DNA of 64,000 bases, from assembly GCA_036785375.1 (NCBI GenBank), contig JAWMAR010000384.1, forward strand, positions 806,001 to 870,000. The letters run 5' to 3'. A program made the position numbers and the translations under genes. Under the pieces are notes generated by a model. It was not told where the DNA came from, made no database searches, and saw only the letters and a list, made by a program, of their open reading frames with translations. Source of the DNA: Leucoraja ocellata (taxonomy: Eukaryota). Positions 24,011 through 36,603 of this stretch are shown here, piece after piece (within the stretch, counting starts at the first letter, position 1; each line of letters starts with the position of its first letter).

Positions 24011-24336
24011 TCAACTTATTGGAGATCCTATACCAGTAGCCCCAAGTCCTGGATTCTCTCCGCATTTAGAAACTAGTCGACGCCTCCATTCCTTGGTGAC
24101 AATGTTGCAGTTGGCTATACATAAGGGACTCCAGACGGCACATACTGCGGCCTTGTTGCACTTGTGGTGGACAGAGACAAAGTTTAGGTTTATACCATTC
24201 AAATAAGAAACTTCATCCTGTAACATGTCAAACTTTTTCAATGTTGTTGGGGCTCATTGAAACGTGTGGTGAGTATTCAATCACAGCCGTATTGCTCTTT
24301 TTTAAAAACAATATCAGAGAAGTCTTGAGAATTTAG

Positions 24337-26534
24337 GGTAAGAAGCCATTAGGAGGTAGTGACCATAATATGGTAAGTTTTAATCTGCAATTTGAGAGGG
24401 AGAAGGGTAAATCGGAGGTGTCTGTGTTACAGTTGAACAAATTGGTCTATGGAACCATGAGGGAGGAGCTGGCCAAAGTTGTCTGGAAAGATACCCTAGC
24501 AGGGATGACAGTGGACCAAAAATGCCAGGTATTTCTAGGAATAATACAGAAGGTGCAGGATCAGTTCATTCCAAAGAGGAAGAAAGATTCCAAGGGGAGT
24601 AAGGGGCTGACAAGGGAAGCCAGGGACAGTATAAAAATAAAAGAGAAGTACAACGTAGCAAAGATGATTGGTAAGCAAGAGGATTGGGTAATGTTTAGAG
24701 AGCAACAGAAGACAACTAAAAAGGCAATACGAGGAGAAAATATGAGGTACGAATGTAAGCTAGCCAAGAATATGAAGGAGGATAGTAAAAGCTTCATTAG
24801 GTATGTGAAGAGGAAAAAAATAGTTAAGACCCTCGAAGACTGAAAAGGGGTGATTTCATTATGGGGAACAAGGAAATGGCAGATGAGTGGAACAGGTACT
24901 TCGGACCTGTCTTCAATAAGGAGGACACAAACAATCGTCCCGATGTTCTAGTGGCCAGAGGATCTGGGGTGACCGAGGAACTGAAGGAAATCCACATTAG
25001 GCAGGAAATGGTGTTGGGTAGACTGATGGGACTGATAAATCTCCAGGGCCTGATGGTCTGCATCCCACGATACTTAAGGAAGTGGCTCTAGAAACTGTGG
25101 ACGCATTGGTGATCTTTTCCAATGTTCTATAGATTCAGGATCAGTTCCTTTGGATGAGAGGGTAGCTAATGTTATCCCACATTTTCAGAAAGGCGGGAGA
25201 GAGAAAACAGGGAATTATAGACCAGTTAGCCTGACTTCGGTGGTGGGGAAGATACTGGAGTCAATCATAAAATATGAAATAGCGGCTCATTTGGATAGCA
25301 GTAACAGGATCGGTCCGAGTCAGCATGGATTTACGAAGGGAATACCATGTTGAACTAATCTTCTGGATTTTTTTAGGATGTAACTAGGAAAATGGACAAG
25401 GGAGAGCCCGTGGATGTAGTGTACCTGGACTTTCAGAAAGCATTTGATAAGGTCCCACATGGAGATTAGTGGGCAAAATTATAGCACATGGTATTGGGGT
25501 AAAACATTGTTGGCAGACAGGAAACAAAGAGTAGGGATTAACGAGCCCTTTCAGAATGGCAGGCAGTGACTAGTGGGGTACAGCAAGGCTCGGTGCTGGG
25601 ACCACAGCTATTTACAATATACATCAATGATTTGGATGAAGGGATTCAAAGTAACATTAGCAAATTTTCAGGTGACACAAAGCTGGGTGGCAGTGTGAGC
25701 TGTGAGGAGGATGCTATGACAATGCAGGGTGACTTGGACAGGTTGGGGGACTGGGCAGATGCATTGCAGATCCAGTTTAATGTGGAAAGATGTGAGGTTG
25801 TCCACTTTGGTAGTAAAAACAGGAAGGCAGATTATTATCTAAATGGTGTCAAGTTGGGAAAAGAGGAAGGACAACGGGATCTGGAGGTCCTTGTTCACCA
25901 GTCAATGAAAGTAAGCATGCAGATACAGCAGGCAGTGAAGAAAGCCAATGTCATGTTAGACTTCATAACAAGATGAGTTGCGTCTAGTAGAAAAGAGGCC
26001 CTTCTGCAGTTGTACAGAGCCCTAGTAAGACCACACCTGGAGTATTGTGTGCAGTTTTGGTCCCCTAATTTGTGGAAGGACATTCTTGCTATTGAGAGTG
26101 TGCAGCGCAGATTTATAAGGTTAATTCCCAGGATTGCAGGACTGTCATATGCTGAGAGAATGGAATAGGTGAGCTTGTATACTCTGGAATTTAGGATGAG
26201 AGGTTATCTTATTGAAACATATAAGATTATTAAGGGTTTGGCCTCGCTAGAGGCAGGAAACATGTTCGCGATGTTGGGGGAGTCCAGAACCAGGGGCCAC
26301 AGTTTAAGAATAAGGTGTAAGCCACTTAGAACAGAGTTGTGAGTGTGGAATTCTCTGCCTCAGAGGGTGGTGGGGAACGGTTCTCTGGATACTTTCAGAA
26401 GAGAGCTAGATAGGGCTCTTAAAGATAGCGGAGTCAGGGGATATGGGGAGATGGCAGGAACGGGGTACTGATTGGGAATGATCAGTCATGATCACATTGA
26501 ATGGCTCCTGCACCTATTGTCTATTGTCTATTAT
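24337..26534 (+). mobile_element. 5'-truncated CR1 with 7-bp TSD
   Basis: AATTTAG at 24330-24336 and 26535-26541; (CTATTGT)n tail; empty site in the G1 paralog at about 9891. Confidence 0.9.
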
Positions 26535-28890
26535 AATTTAGTATTGAGTGGGGAGCTGGAATGAGATGGAATGGAGATAGATATTTTTGTTTCCAAGACC
26601 ATCTTTATCATAGCAAAATACGAGAAAATACTCATAAAGGAACAAATCTCACGCCCTATTGCTCATTAAATCTTAACTGCTAATAACAATGAGTCACATG
26701 AATTTCTGCTTTTCCAGATTCCTGTTTGCTATGGCTAGTCTGGAGAAATCTCCGTTCCTGGAATGTCTTTTTATCGAGTGTCCACACACAAGATTAGAAG
26801 TTGTTCAACCAGAGCTGAGCACACCTCTCTGCATCTGCACAATGGTGTCTGTCTTGTCGCTTCTTGTGCTTCTTGTGCGTGGTGGTGGAAAGATTGATGA
26901 AAACAGGGCCGCGGCGTGAACGCTCTTTCCTTGACCTCAATGAATAAGTCTGATCAAGAAAGAAAGTGTAACTATGTTATAGAATTAGCCGTTTATCATG
27001 GTACTCAAATAGTGAGGGGTTATTTATTAAATCATGTGCCCAGCTAGTCTTAGACGTGTCTAGGAAAGAAATGGAGATATCCCAGTACACATCTGGGCGT
27101 GCAGTGGGGTCAACATTGTTTTATTGGTACACAGTGTCCACTTTCCACGAATGTGAAATATGAAACAATCATGCAGCAATGCACTCTGCTCGCTCTCGCT
27201 TGATCATATCTAATTCTCCAACATTTGTGGGATGTGTGGATCTCTGGGAACGCAGTATTCATTGTTCATTCAAAACTGGGGACGCAGAGACACAAGGAAC
27301 TGCGGATACTGGAATCTTGAGTAAAGCACAAACTGCTGGAGTAACTGAGGGGGTCAAGCAGCATCTGTGGATGGGCATTTGGGAAGATTATGATGAACAG
27401 CCTTGAGCCGTGTTCATTTGCATACAGCATTGCACGTTGCATAGTAAAGAACGGCAGCGGTGAGAGCAATGCGAGATATTTACAACCCTTGATACTTTGT
27501 ACCAGAGAGACTCTTGGAGGGGATTCTGCCAATAAACATTTGATAAACATGCCTGTCGTAGTGACATGCATACGTTTAGAGTGGTTTACGCGCGCTATTG
27601 CAACTAATTCTGTAGATGGTACACATTGTGTTCCCGTCCCAGCCGTGCTGGAAAGAATGGACGTTTATGTTAATGGATGGCCGAGCAATAATGACGGCTG
27701 CTAAATTAATCTGGTTTAACGGGAATTTATGATCCATGCATTCACGTTAGTTGCCAGGTCGTCCTTTATATTAAGGAGTATTCAGAGATGTTAAAGGATA
27801 TTCAGAACAGTGATATTGTCGGGTGTAAATCAATGCCTTCGATTGATATTAATGTCTGAACAACCATTAACATTGTCCCTGCTTCTTTGCCTGTGGCCAC
27901 CTGTGTGACGGCAGCAGTGTGTGACTGTGTGTTCTTCGTCTGCTCTCCCCGGATGGAAAAAATAGTGGCGCGCGCACCCAAGATCTAACTCCGGTTATTG
28001 GAGTTTAATTTCGAAAAAACAAGTATCCCGAACAATTTACAGATGTTAAGTTGGAACTTTTGTTGTTGATCAAATGGAAGGAAAATGTCGTTCAAAATGT
28101 CGGGGATGGCGCGCAGATGACACAACGACTATCACGATCCATTCGTTCTGCTCTTGCAGACGTTGCTTCTTATTGCTGATGCTCATCATCCACTGGTGCT
28201 GTGTGGAATATACAAACACTGCATCAACTGTAGATGAAATTATTTATCAATGATACGTATGTAGTATATCAACATGTTGTCAAACATATCACCAATTTCA
28301 AACTTCATTAAAGTCAGATGCAACACCTCTGTTTTTCTAAATGCAGGTGCCCTTCTTTGGGCAAGGGTCCACTGCGCATTACAGTATTAGAGTGAAAGCA
28401 GGCAGCTCTTCCAAGCAACATACGCACCACGTAGTCTGAATTGCTTCCTAAAGCTGCAACGGCACTAACATTTGTCAGTGTTAATCTTAGTTAACATTCT
28501 CACACAAGAAGGATGATTGTCTGTGGGAATTATCATTTCGAAAATTCCGAAAATATATCGATTTAAGATGACACTGAATAAAAACGGGGCAGAGGAGGGT
28601 GGCTGCCATCACGTTATATTCAGAGATATGGTTTTATTTGGACCGTTTCGCTTACGTGTCCAAACAGTTACAAAATATAATATTGAAAACTCTCAGATAA
28701 TTTCTTCATTATATTTTTGCATAAAGATCATACAGAAAATAATAGATTGTTCATTATCGGGAAGGGGCTAGTGCGCAAATCCCTTTTATTCCACTGCATG
28801 TATGAGAACGCATCAAGCTATTTAGAAATACAAATGACGAAAATAAGACCCCCATGCTTCACAGTGGCGGAATATTTCGACGAAGGAAGG

Positions 28891-28979
28891 ATCTGGCAAT
28901 TTCTGATTGGCTTCGGCGAACATTCTGGTTTGATTGGTTTGCAAAGCACACGGTGCCAACTCGTCATTCCATTTATAAA
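28891..28979 (+). promoter_or_regulatory. G2 promoter: two inverted CCAAT boxes plus TATA
   Basis: ATTGG at 28906 and 28933, TATAAA 28974-28979. Confidence 0.7.
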
Positions 28980-29055
28980 GCGAGCCCTAGAGCAAATTTA
29001 GACGCCACTTAATCAGGAAACTGACGCCCTGTCGGAGTGCAGTCGCTTAATTAAA

Positions 29056-31934
29056 ATGTCTTGCTGGATCAGTGTGGTTGGCGCTCTGCTGTTATGCGCA
29101 GTTTGTGAGTATTATACTTCCCCGGGCAATAGATTTATTTCCGTGCACCATTACATTGGGATCTTCTCCCACACTTCAACTATCTTAATGATTTTATATT
29201 TTTCTGATCTTGATCTTTTCTCAGATGTAAACGCGGCAGTTACAGTAAGTCAACAGCCTTCGATGTCCACCTCTACGGGACAGAACATACAAATAACCTG
29301 CACCATATCGGGCTCCAGTTCAGGCGGTAACTATGTCTCCTGGTACCAACAGATCCCTGGCAAAACTCCAAAGTATTTATTCTACTATTCTTCCGGCAGC
29401 ATTTATAAAGGCACGGACATTCCAGACCGTTTCTCCGTCTCAATGTCAGGCAACACTGCGACATTCGCAATATCTAACGTTCAAGCGGATGATGCTGCGG
29501 ACTATTACTGTGCAAAATGGGATAGTGGTGTTCATTTCGGTAAAGGAACGAGGCTGGGTATTGGTGGTAAGTGAAATATATTCTTTGGACGGCGCCCTGG
29601 ATTATTTTGTAAATGTAAATGAAATGTTTGTTGAATTAACGTCGTAATTCACGCAAATTGGAGGAACAGCTGCTCATATTTCACTTGGCCAGCTTATAAT
29701 ACAGCGGCATGACTTGATTGCTCTAACTTCAAGTAACTCCGGCGTACTCGCTACGTTCATTCTCCGTGCTTACCACGAGTTTGATTTTTTTTTAAACTCG
29801 GGAGAGCTCTTGAAATGTACTCGTACCGTGTGACAGGGCTTTGATACTCGTTTTCACCGAGCCCACAGTTAACCATGGTCTATTTACTTTATCATCGTAA
29901 CTTTTTCTTTATCTCTCTATCATTTTTCTTTATCTCTCTACACCGTGTATATATCTCGCGTCCCTTTCCCCTGACTCCCAGTCTGAAGAAGGGCCTCGAC
30001 CCGAAACGTCACCTATTCCTTTTCTGCAGAGATTCGCTAAGTTACTCCAGCGTTTTGTGCCTATCTTCACATTATACTTAATTTTGACAGGTTTATGTCG
30101 ATGTAGTTGGTGCAGTGTATAGATTCCTGTTTTACAGACGCTCACGCTCCGAGTTCACTTAGTCATAGCTCAGTGAAATAACTGGAAAATGGAGCTAAAA
30201 ATAAAGTTCTCAACTCGGCGCCCAGTAAACCTGAGCGGGCGAATGAACTCATAGACTTTAACTACTTTGGGCGAATTAAATTATTTGGGACTGTAGCTAG
30301 TTTCCATCCTTTTTACGCATTGATATCCGACCGCGCCGTGCAGGGATGCCAGGGAACGAGGCTGGGTATTGGTGTTTTTGTTTGATATTTAAACAAGTGT
30401 TTCACTCTGAATCCCTTTACATTTTAGTTGAATAACAAAATATAACAAAAATAATTGATGTCATTGTTTTCGCAGATGAGAGCCACATTTCTATCTCAAA
30501 GCCATTTCAAATTATTCAGGACCCGAGCAAGACTTGCCCGTTCAATACACACTCAATATTAGAGTAGAAATCGCGTACCTGTGATTCCAAGCTTTATGTG
30601 TGTTTACAGTTCACAATTTACCAAATTATTTAGGCTGCACTTCAAGAACTTTAATGTTCTCGAAAATGTGAGGCGACTCTCCAATTTTTCATTCTCGCCC
30701 AATAATTATCGCGTGTTTCCCAATGCGAATTATTGGCACTTTTTTCGGGATTTTGAAGTGGCCATGTATGTAAGGATTGACGTAGAGTTGAAGTGCCCCC
30801 GAACTAAAATGCGGTTTGTTAAATAATTTGCAGAAATTTTCAACGCGCGAGAATAATTGTGCAGATGTGAAAGTAAACTGCTTGGTTAACTGGGTTCAGC
30901 AACGTTGACATTCAACTTTGCCGAAATTCTGGTGGACATGTCTAACGGGTTTATAGTTTCTCCTCAAAATGTGAAAATATAACGTTTCGCACATTTCCTT
31001 CAAGAAATAGGTTACTTTTGTATAATGCGTGTAACAGACTTTGGTGATCGCAACAATACATGTCAAATATAAATTAACATTCGAGCTATAATGAAATCCA
31101 AATCTGCGAACCTGTACCGTGGCGGTTCGGAGAATCTATTCCTAATATTCCTGCGGTACTTAAATAGCGTCACCCTCTATCTCAATGGGTGCACACAATC
31201 AAATAAGTGTCAATCTGTTAATATGTAAATTCCGCGAAGTAACTTATTGACATCTGCTACATTTAAATAGACGGTAATGGAAGTAAAGCTAGAGACGTGT
31301 AGTGAAAATCACTTTTATAAAGTTATATCAATGTGTTCAATGTTATTAAACTGTACAGAAATGATATATCACAGTTGTTTCTGTGGTGTTTATGGATAGG
31401 ACAGACAACATCTATCCTAGTTGCTTTCACGTTGTTTATTCATTGTTTATCCGAATTAAACAAAAACACACATTCATTGATTTGAAATAGGTCGAGAATA
31501 AAACGATGTTCTACAAATGAATAAATGAGTGCTCTAATGGAATGCATTTTCTGAAATATGATATCTCAACGACAGCATTTCTCCAATTAAATGTGACTTC
31601 TTATTAAACAGATCCTCGGGCACCGATCGTGACGGTCCTGCCGCCTTCAGCTGATGAAGTTACCTCAAAGGGCACCGCCACCCTGGTGTGTTTGGTGAAC
31701 GGCTTTAATCCGGGCTCGGTGGCCGTTGAGTGGACAGTCGACGGCAGTGCAAAAAATAGCGACGTTGAGACCAGCCCGATCCAGCAGGATAAGGACAACA
31801 CGTTCAGTCTCAGCAGTTACCTGACTCTGACAGCTTCAGACTGGAACTTACACGACCTTTACTCCTGTGTGGTTACACACCAGGCTCAGGCAAACCCACT
31901 TAAGACAAATATCGAGAGATCCAGCTGTACCTGA
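29056..31934 (+). CDS. IgL: Ig light chain gene G2, germline-joined VJ (leader 29056-29104; VJ exon 29225-29566; C exon 31612-31934)
   Basis: Same exon structure and splice phases as G1. CDR3-J reads CAKWDSGVHFGKGTRLGIG. J-C intron is 2045 nt. C exon is intact and ends NIERSSCT*. Confidence 0.95.
29981..30012 (+). ncRNA. Minimal hammerhead ribozyme core (Penelope-type) in G2 intron
   Basis: CTGAAGA-A-GGG[CCTCGA]CCC-GAAA-CG-TC with palindromic ACGT stem III and a GUC cleavage triplet. Stem I is only about 2 bp. Confidence 0.55.
30341..30374 (+). pseudogene. Vestigial J segment in G2 J-C intron
   Basis: 30353-30374 GGAACGAGGCTGGGTATTGGTG is identical to the last 22 nt of the G2 J. The FGKG motif and GTAAGT donor are lost. 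Preceded by heptamer-like CGCCGTG (30334-30340). Confidence 0.7.
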
Positions 31935-32199
31935 TGTTGGAAACGTGAGGCTGACCTGACTAAGTTAGTTTATCATCATTGGGTTCGTCCATGTGACAAA
32001 GTTAGTAATGTATTGGACTTCGATGTTTTCGTTTGGAAATGCCATTTGTAGTTGAAACTTCGATTTTTATGACTTGTTCACTTTAAATGTAGTTCTTTCG
32101 AAATAATGTCGTTCTTCAATGAAGCATCAAGTAGATTCAATTGCGTTACCCAACAGCATGGATGTTGCTATTGTACCCATGGTATCTTTGTAGCCGTTC

Positions 32200-32205
32200 A
32201 ATAAA
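32200..32205 (+). terminator. G2 polyadenylation signal
   Basis: AATAAA; the proximal G1-equivalent site reads AATGAA (32118-32123). Confidence 0.6.
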
Positions 32206-32429
32206 GTTTATAAAACGCATTTCAAATGCATTGTTGATTCCCTCAGTTTTATTTCTGACCCGAACCATGATGGCTTAACACGGGTTGTGTTGTCTCGTAG
32301 ATTTGAGCTAGCAACACTGATTTTGATTCTCTATTTCGATCACTAATTACAATCGTACAACTGTAGTGAGCCACTCGTCGATTTATACCATGTGTTATAC
32401 AGCGCTTTGTCAGTCCGTGTGCAACATTA

Positions 32430-32646
32430 TGCCCCTGTCCCACTTAGGAAACCTGAACTGGAGACTTTGCGCCCCACCCATGGTTTCCATGCGGTTCCCG
32501 GAGGTTTGTGTCAGTTTCCCTACCTGCTTCCACTACCTGCAACCTCCGGCAACCACCTGCAACCTCCGGGAACCGCACAGAAACCTTGGGTGGGGCGCAA
32601 AGTCTCCAGAGGTTTCTGTTCAGGTTTCCTAAGTGGGACAGGGGCA
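32430..32646. mobile_element. PIF/Harbinger-type MITE
   Basis: Long TIRs TGCCCCTGTCCCACTTAGGAAACCTGAAC with TTA/TAA flanks. Absent at the homologous G3 (about 41614) and G4 (about 52868) sites. Confidence 0.8.
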
Positions 32647-32798
32647 TAAATCAGACAAAGAACCATGTAAACCAAGCATGGCAAACGCGGTCTTAATACC
32701 AAAAATATCACAGAAATAAACAGAAATTACTGTTAATACTCAGTAAGTCGGGCGGTATGTGGGAAGTGAGAAATAGATTGGCGGTTTCAGGCTGTTTA

Positions 32799-32830
<32 letters not shown>

Positions 32831-33334
32831 ACGTCCCTACCAGCCTCATGCGTTCATGGTTTGTTAAATATGTCTTCGTTCATAAGGTGTACCGTTACAT
32901 AATTAAATATAATACGTGTGCATACGTGGAAATCTGGAAATTTGGAAACGCCATTAATTCCCAACATATCAGCAGGTTTCTGTAAACTGATGGGTTGTTC
33001 GCACCTGCACTTTACACCCCTCGCACTAAGCATGGCACCTCCATCCTTCATCACAGAAGGCCGTGACTTTCACACTAATCGGTGACGGGGTTTGTATTTA
33101 AATATTTACAAACATTACACTTTATTTCTTCTTTATTTCTTCTGATTGTCAGCTTTAAAAAAACGGGGTGATTATTGGCGTTAGCAGAACTGTCACTGAG
33201 TTTGTATGTGGCGTGCACGTGTCTCACGGTGGTAATACACTAGAACTGGGCAACAACACTCTCAATAAAGCAAGATAATATCTACAGAAAGATGCGATGA
33301 ATGTACGGCAGCTTCATATAGACACGTGCAGAAA

Positions 33335-33348
33335 GAAAGAGAGAGGGA

Positions 33349-33419
<71 letters not shown>
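33335..33419. repeat. (GA)n microsatellite
   Basis: Read directly from the sequence. Confidence 0.95.
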
Positions 33420-33421
<2 letters not shown>

Positions 33422-33710
33422 TGAGAATAGGACGGGGGGCGGGGTTAATAGCGAACAATGAGGGAACTATATGCTATAGTTAGAGGACAATAAGTCACGG
33501 ACAAACCCCTGACCTCTGTCACAAATCGCTTTTCACTTATTCCAAGCCTTATTCCCAATTATTTTCACGTTACATGAGCAACCTGGGCTTAAGTCTTAAT
33601 GAATGGGTAGGAGCTGCAGATGCTGGTTTAAAGCAAAGATAAACACAAAAAGCTGGAGTAACTCAGCGGGTCAGAAAGCATCTCTGGAGAAAAGGAATCG
33701 GTGACGTTTT

Positions 33711-33958
33711 AATAATAATAATAATAATAATACATTTTATTTATGGGCGCCTTTCAAGAGTCTCAAGGACACCTTACAAAAAATTAGCAGGTAGAGGAAA
33801 AACATGTAAGGTGAATGAAATAAATAGTAGAGACATGACTAGTACACAAAGTAAAGACAGAATTCAATACAAAACACAATATGAGGGAATTAATGCACAG
33901 ATGAAAAGGGAGGTGGACGTGGGGCTAAGGATAGGCAGAGGTGAAGAGATGGGTCTCT
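33711..33958 (-). mobile_element. L2-like 3' end inserted in a Penelope-type repeat
   Basis: (TTA)n tail and TGTAAGGTGTCCTTGAG..AAAGGCGCCCATAAATAAA terminus on the minus strand; absent from the G3 paralog (about 40627). Confidence 0.6.
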
Positions 33959-34507
33959 TTGGGGCGAGACCCTTCTTCAGACAGTTTGAAGAAGGGTCTC
34001 GATCCGAAATGTCACCTATAATTTTCTCCAGAGATGCCGTCTGACCCGCTAAATTACTCCAGCTTTATGTGTGTTATCTTTTCTAAATGATCCGGATTGT
34101 AGGCATTTTTTTCTGATTCGAATACAGCGTCACATATCTGCAATTGTTCACCTGATGGTTAGTTATTTTGGAAATTCCTCTAAATCTGTACTTGTAAATA
34201 CTGAGCATTCTTTCACTCGGAACAAATTGGTCAATTAAAACACCTTGACTATGCCCCTCATTCAAATCACCATTATACTTTCCCTGTTCAAAGGAACCAA
34301 TTCCGATCACAGTCGAGCTGCCATTATTATGCCCAATTTCTTCCCAATTTCTTCTGCGACGTAATTTTTATGAAGGGTCCAACAGCAGACATTTGAGTCT
34401 TCCCGGCCTTGCCTTTTCCTTCCGTTCCCCTAGTGTCCTGGTTGTCCATTATGAACTTCACCGTTCCCCGGTCATCGATATCGGGTCTCATTTGTTCGGA
34501 ATATTTC

Positions 34508-35480
34508 CATAGAAACATAGAAACATAGAAAATAGGTGCAGAAGGAGGCCATTCGGCCGTCGAGCCAGCACCGCCATTCATTGTGAGCATGCCTGATCGT
34601 CCCCAATCAATAACCCGTGCCTGCCTTCTCCCCATATCCCTTGATTCCACTAGCCTCTAGAGCTCTATCTAACTCTCTCTTAAATCCATCCAGTGATTTG
34701 GCCTCCACTGCCCGATGTGGCAGGGAATTCCATAAATTCAGAACTCTCTGGGTGAAAAAGTGTTTTCTCACCTCAGTCTTAAATTGCCTCCAAGACTGCG
34801 GCCCCTGGTTCTGGACTCGCCCAGCATTGGGAGCATTTTTCCTGCATCTAGCTTGTGCAGTCTTTTTATAATTTTATATGTTTCTATAAGAACCCCTCAT
34901 CCTTCTAAACTCCAGCGAATACAAGCCTAGTCTTTTCAATCTTCCCTCATAGGACAGTCCCGCCATCCCAGGGATCAATCTCGTTAACCTACGCTGCACT
35001 GCGTCAATCACAAGGATGCCCTTTTCCAATGTTCAATAGATTGAGGATCAGTTCCTGTGAATTGGAGGGTAGCTAATGTTATCCCACTTTTCAAGAAAGT
35101 AGTGAGAGAGAAAACGGGGAATTACAGACCAGTTAGCCTGACTTCGGTGGTGGGAAAGATGCTGGAGTCAATTATTAAAGAGGTAATAATGGGGCATTTG
35201 GATAGCAGTAAAAGGATTAGTCCAAGTCAACATGGATTTATGAACGGGAAATCATGCTTGCCTAATCTTCTAAATTATTTTGAGGATATGACAAATAAAA
35301 TGGATGAAGGGGAGCCAGTGGATGTAGTGTATTTAGACTTTCAGAAAGCCGTTGATAAGGTCCCGCACGGGAGACTGGTGACTAAAATTAGAGCACATGG
35401 TATTGGGGATAGGGTGTTGACATGGATAGAAAATTGGTTGGTAGACAAGAAGCAAAGAGTAGGAGTGAACGGGTCCTTTT
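34508..35480. mobile_element. CR1 fragments joined in inverted orientation (- 34508-35020; + 35022-35480)
   Basis: CR1 3' end on the minus strand abuts WRVANVIPLFKK..YLDFQKA on the plus strand. Confidence 0.85.
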
Positions 35481-35838
35481 TTTTTTAAACGAACATGGAT
35501 AAAAACCACTGCACCGGCCATCAGACAAAAACGATGTGTTAACTACTAGCACGTTAACAGCCAGTAGTTATCACGTAGTTATACGATGCGTCATCAATTA
35601 ATCGATCTGCATTCCTCAGTAAATGTAATTGTGTTTTGACCAAGTATTAATGACGCCCTGTGAATTGTATTCAAAGGAACGCAACGTCATTAATACTTGG
35701 TCAAACACAATTACACTGAGGAATTTCGATCGATGCATTGACGACATTGAGAATTTCTTAAACTCATCATCATGGTTGAGGGCACAGACCGCGAGCTTGT
35801 TCTTGGTGTGCAGGTCAGTCATTTACCTACGGACCCAC

Positions 35839-36029
35839 NNNNNNNNNNNNNNNNNNNNNNNNNNNNNNNNNNNNNNNNNNNNNNNNNNNNNNNNNNNNNN
35901 NNNNNNNNNNNNNNNNNNNNNNNNNNNNNNNNNNNNNNNNNNNNNNNNNNNNNNNNNNNNNNNNNNNNNNNNNNNNNNNNNNNNNNNNNNNNNNNNNNNN
36001 NNNNNNNNNNNNNNNNNNNNNNNNNNNNN
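35839..36029. other. Assembly gap (N run)
   Basis: 191 N. Confidence 1.
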
Positions 36030-36264
36030 CTCTCTCACGCTCTCTCACACCCTCTCTCTCACCTTTTCGCCTCGGCATTCCCGGAATCATTGTCGTTTTG
36101 CGGTGACGGCTGCATCTGCGGTTCCTTCCCGGTTCAAAGGTTTCCATATTATTAGGAAAACTAGAGGTGAGAAAAGGTGCAGAACAGATCATTATGTTCT
36201 GGGGTTTGTTCTGTATCTTTTCGTGCCTCTAGTTTCCCTCTCCCTTGACTCAGTCTGAAGAACT

Positions 36265-36603
36265 GTGTGCAGGATAGTGTTAGTATGCAGGGGTCGGTGC
36301 GGACTCGGTGGGCCGAAGGGCCTGTTTCCGCGCTGTGTATCTCAACTTAACTAAACAGATGACGGTGCTGTCTGTCCGGAGTTTATACGTTCTCCCGGTG
36401 ACCTGCATTGGTTTTCTCCGAGATCTTCCGTTTCCTCCCACTCTCCAAAGACGTACAGGTTGTAGGTTAAGTGGCTTGGTACAAATGTAAATTGTCACTG
36501 GTGTGTGTGGGATAGTGTTTGTGTGTGTGGATTGCTGGTCGGTGTGGACTCGGTGGACCGAAGGGCCTGTTTCCGTGCTATATCACTAAACTAAACTAAA
36601 CTA
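36265..36603 (+). mobile_element. V-SINE/HE1-like SINE(s)
   Basis: GTTTCCTCCCACTCTCCAAAGACGT core and (CTAAA)n tail. Confidence 0.65.
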
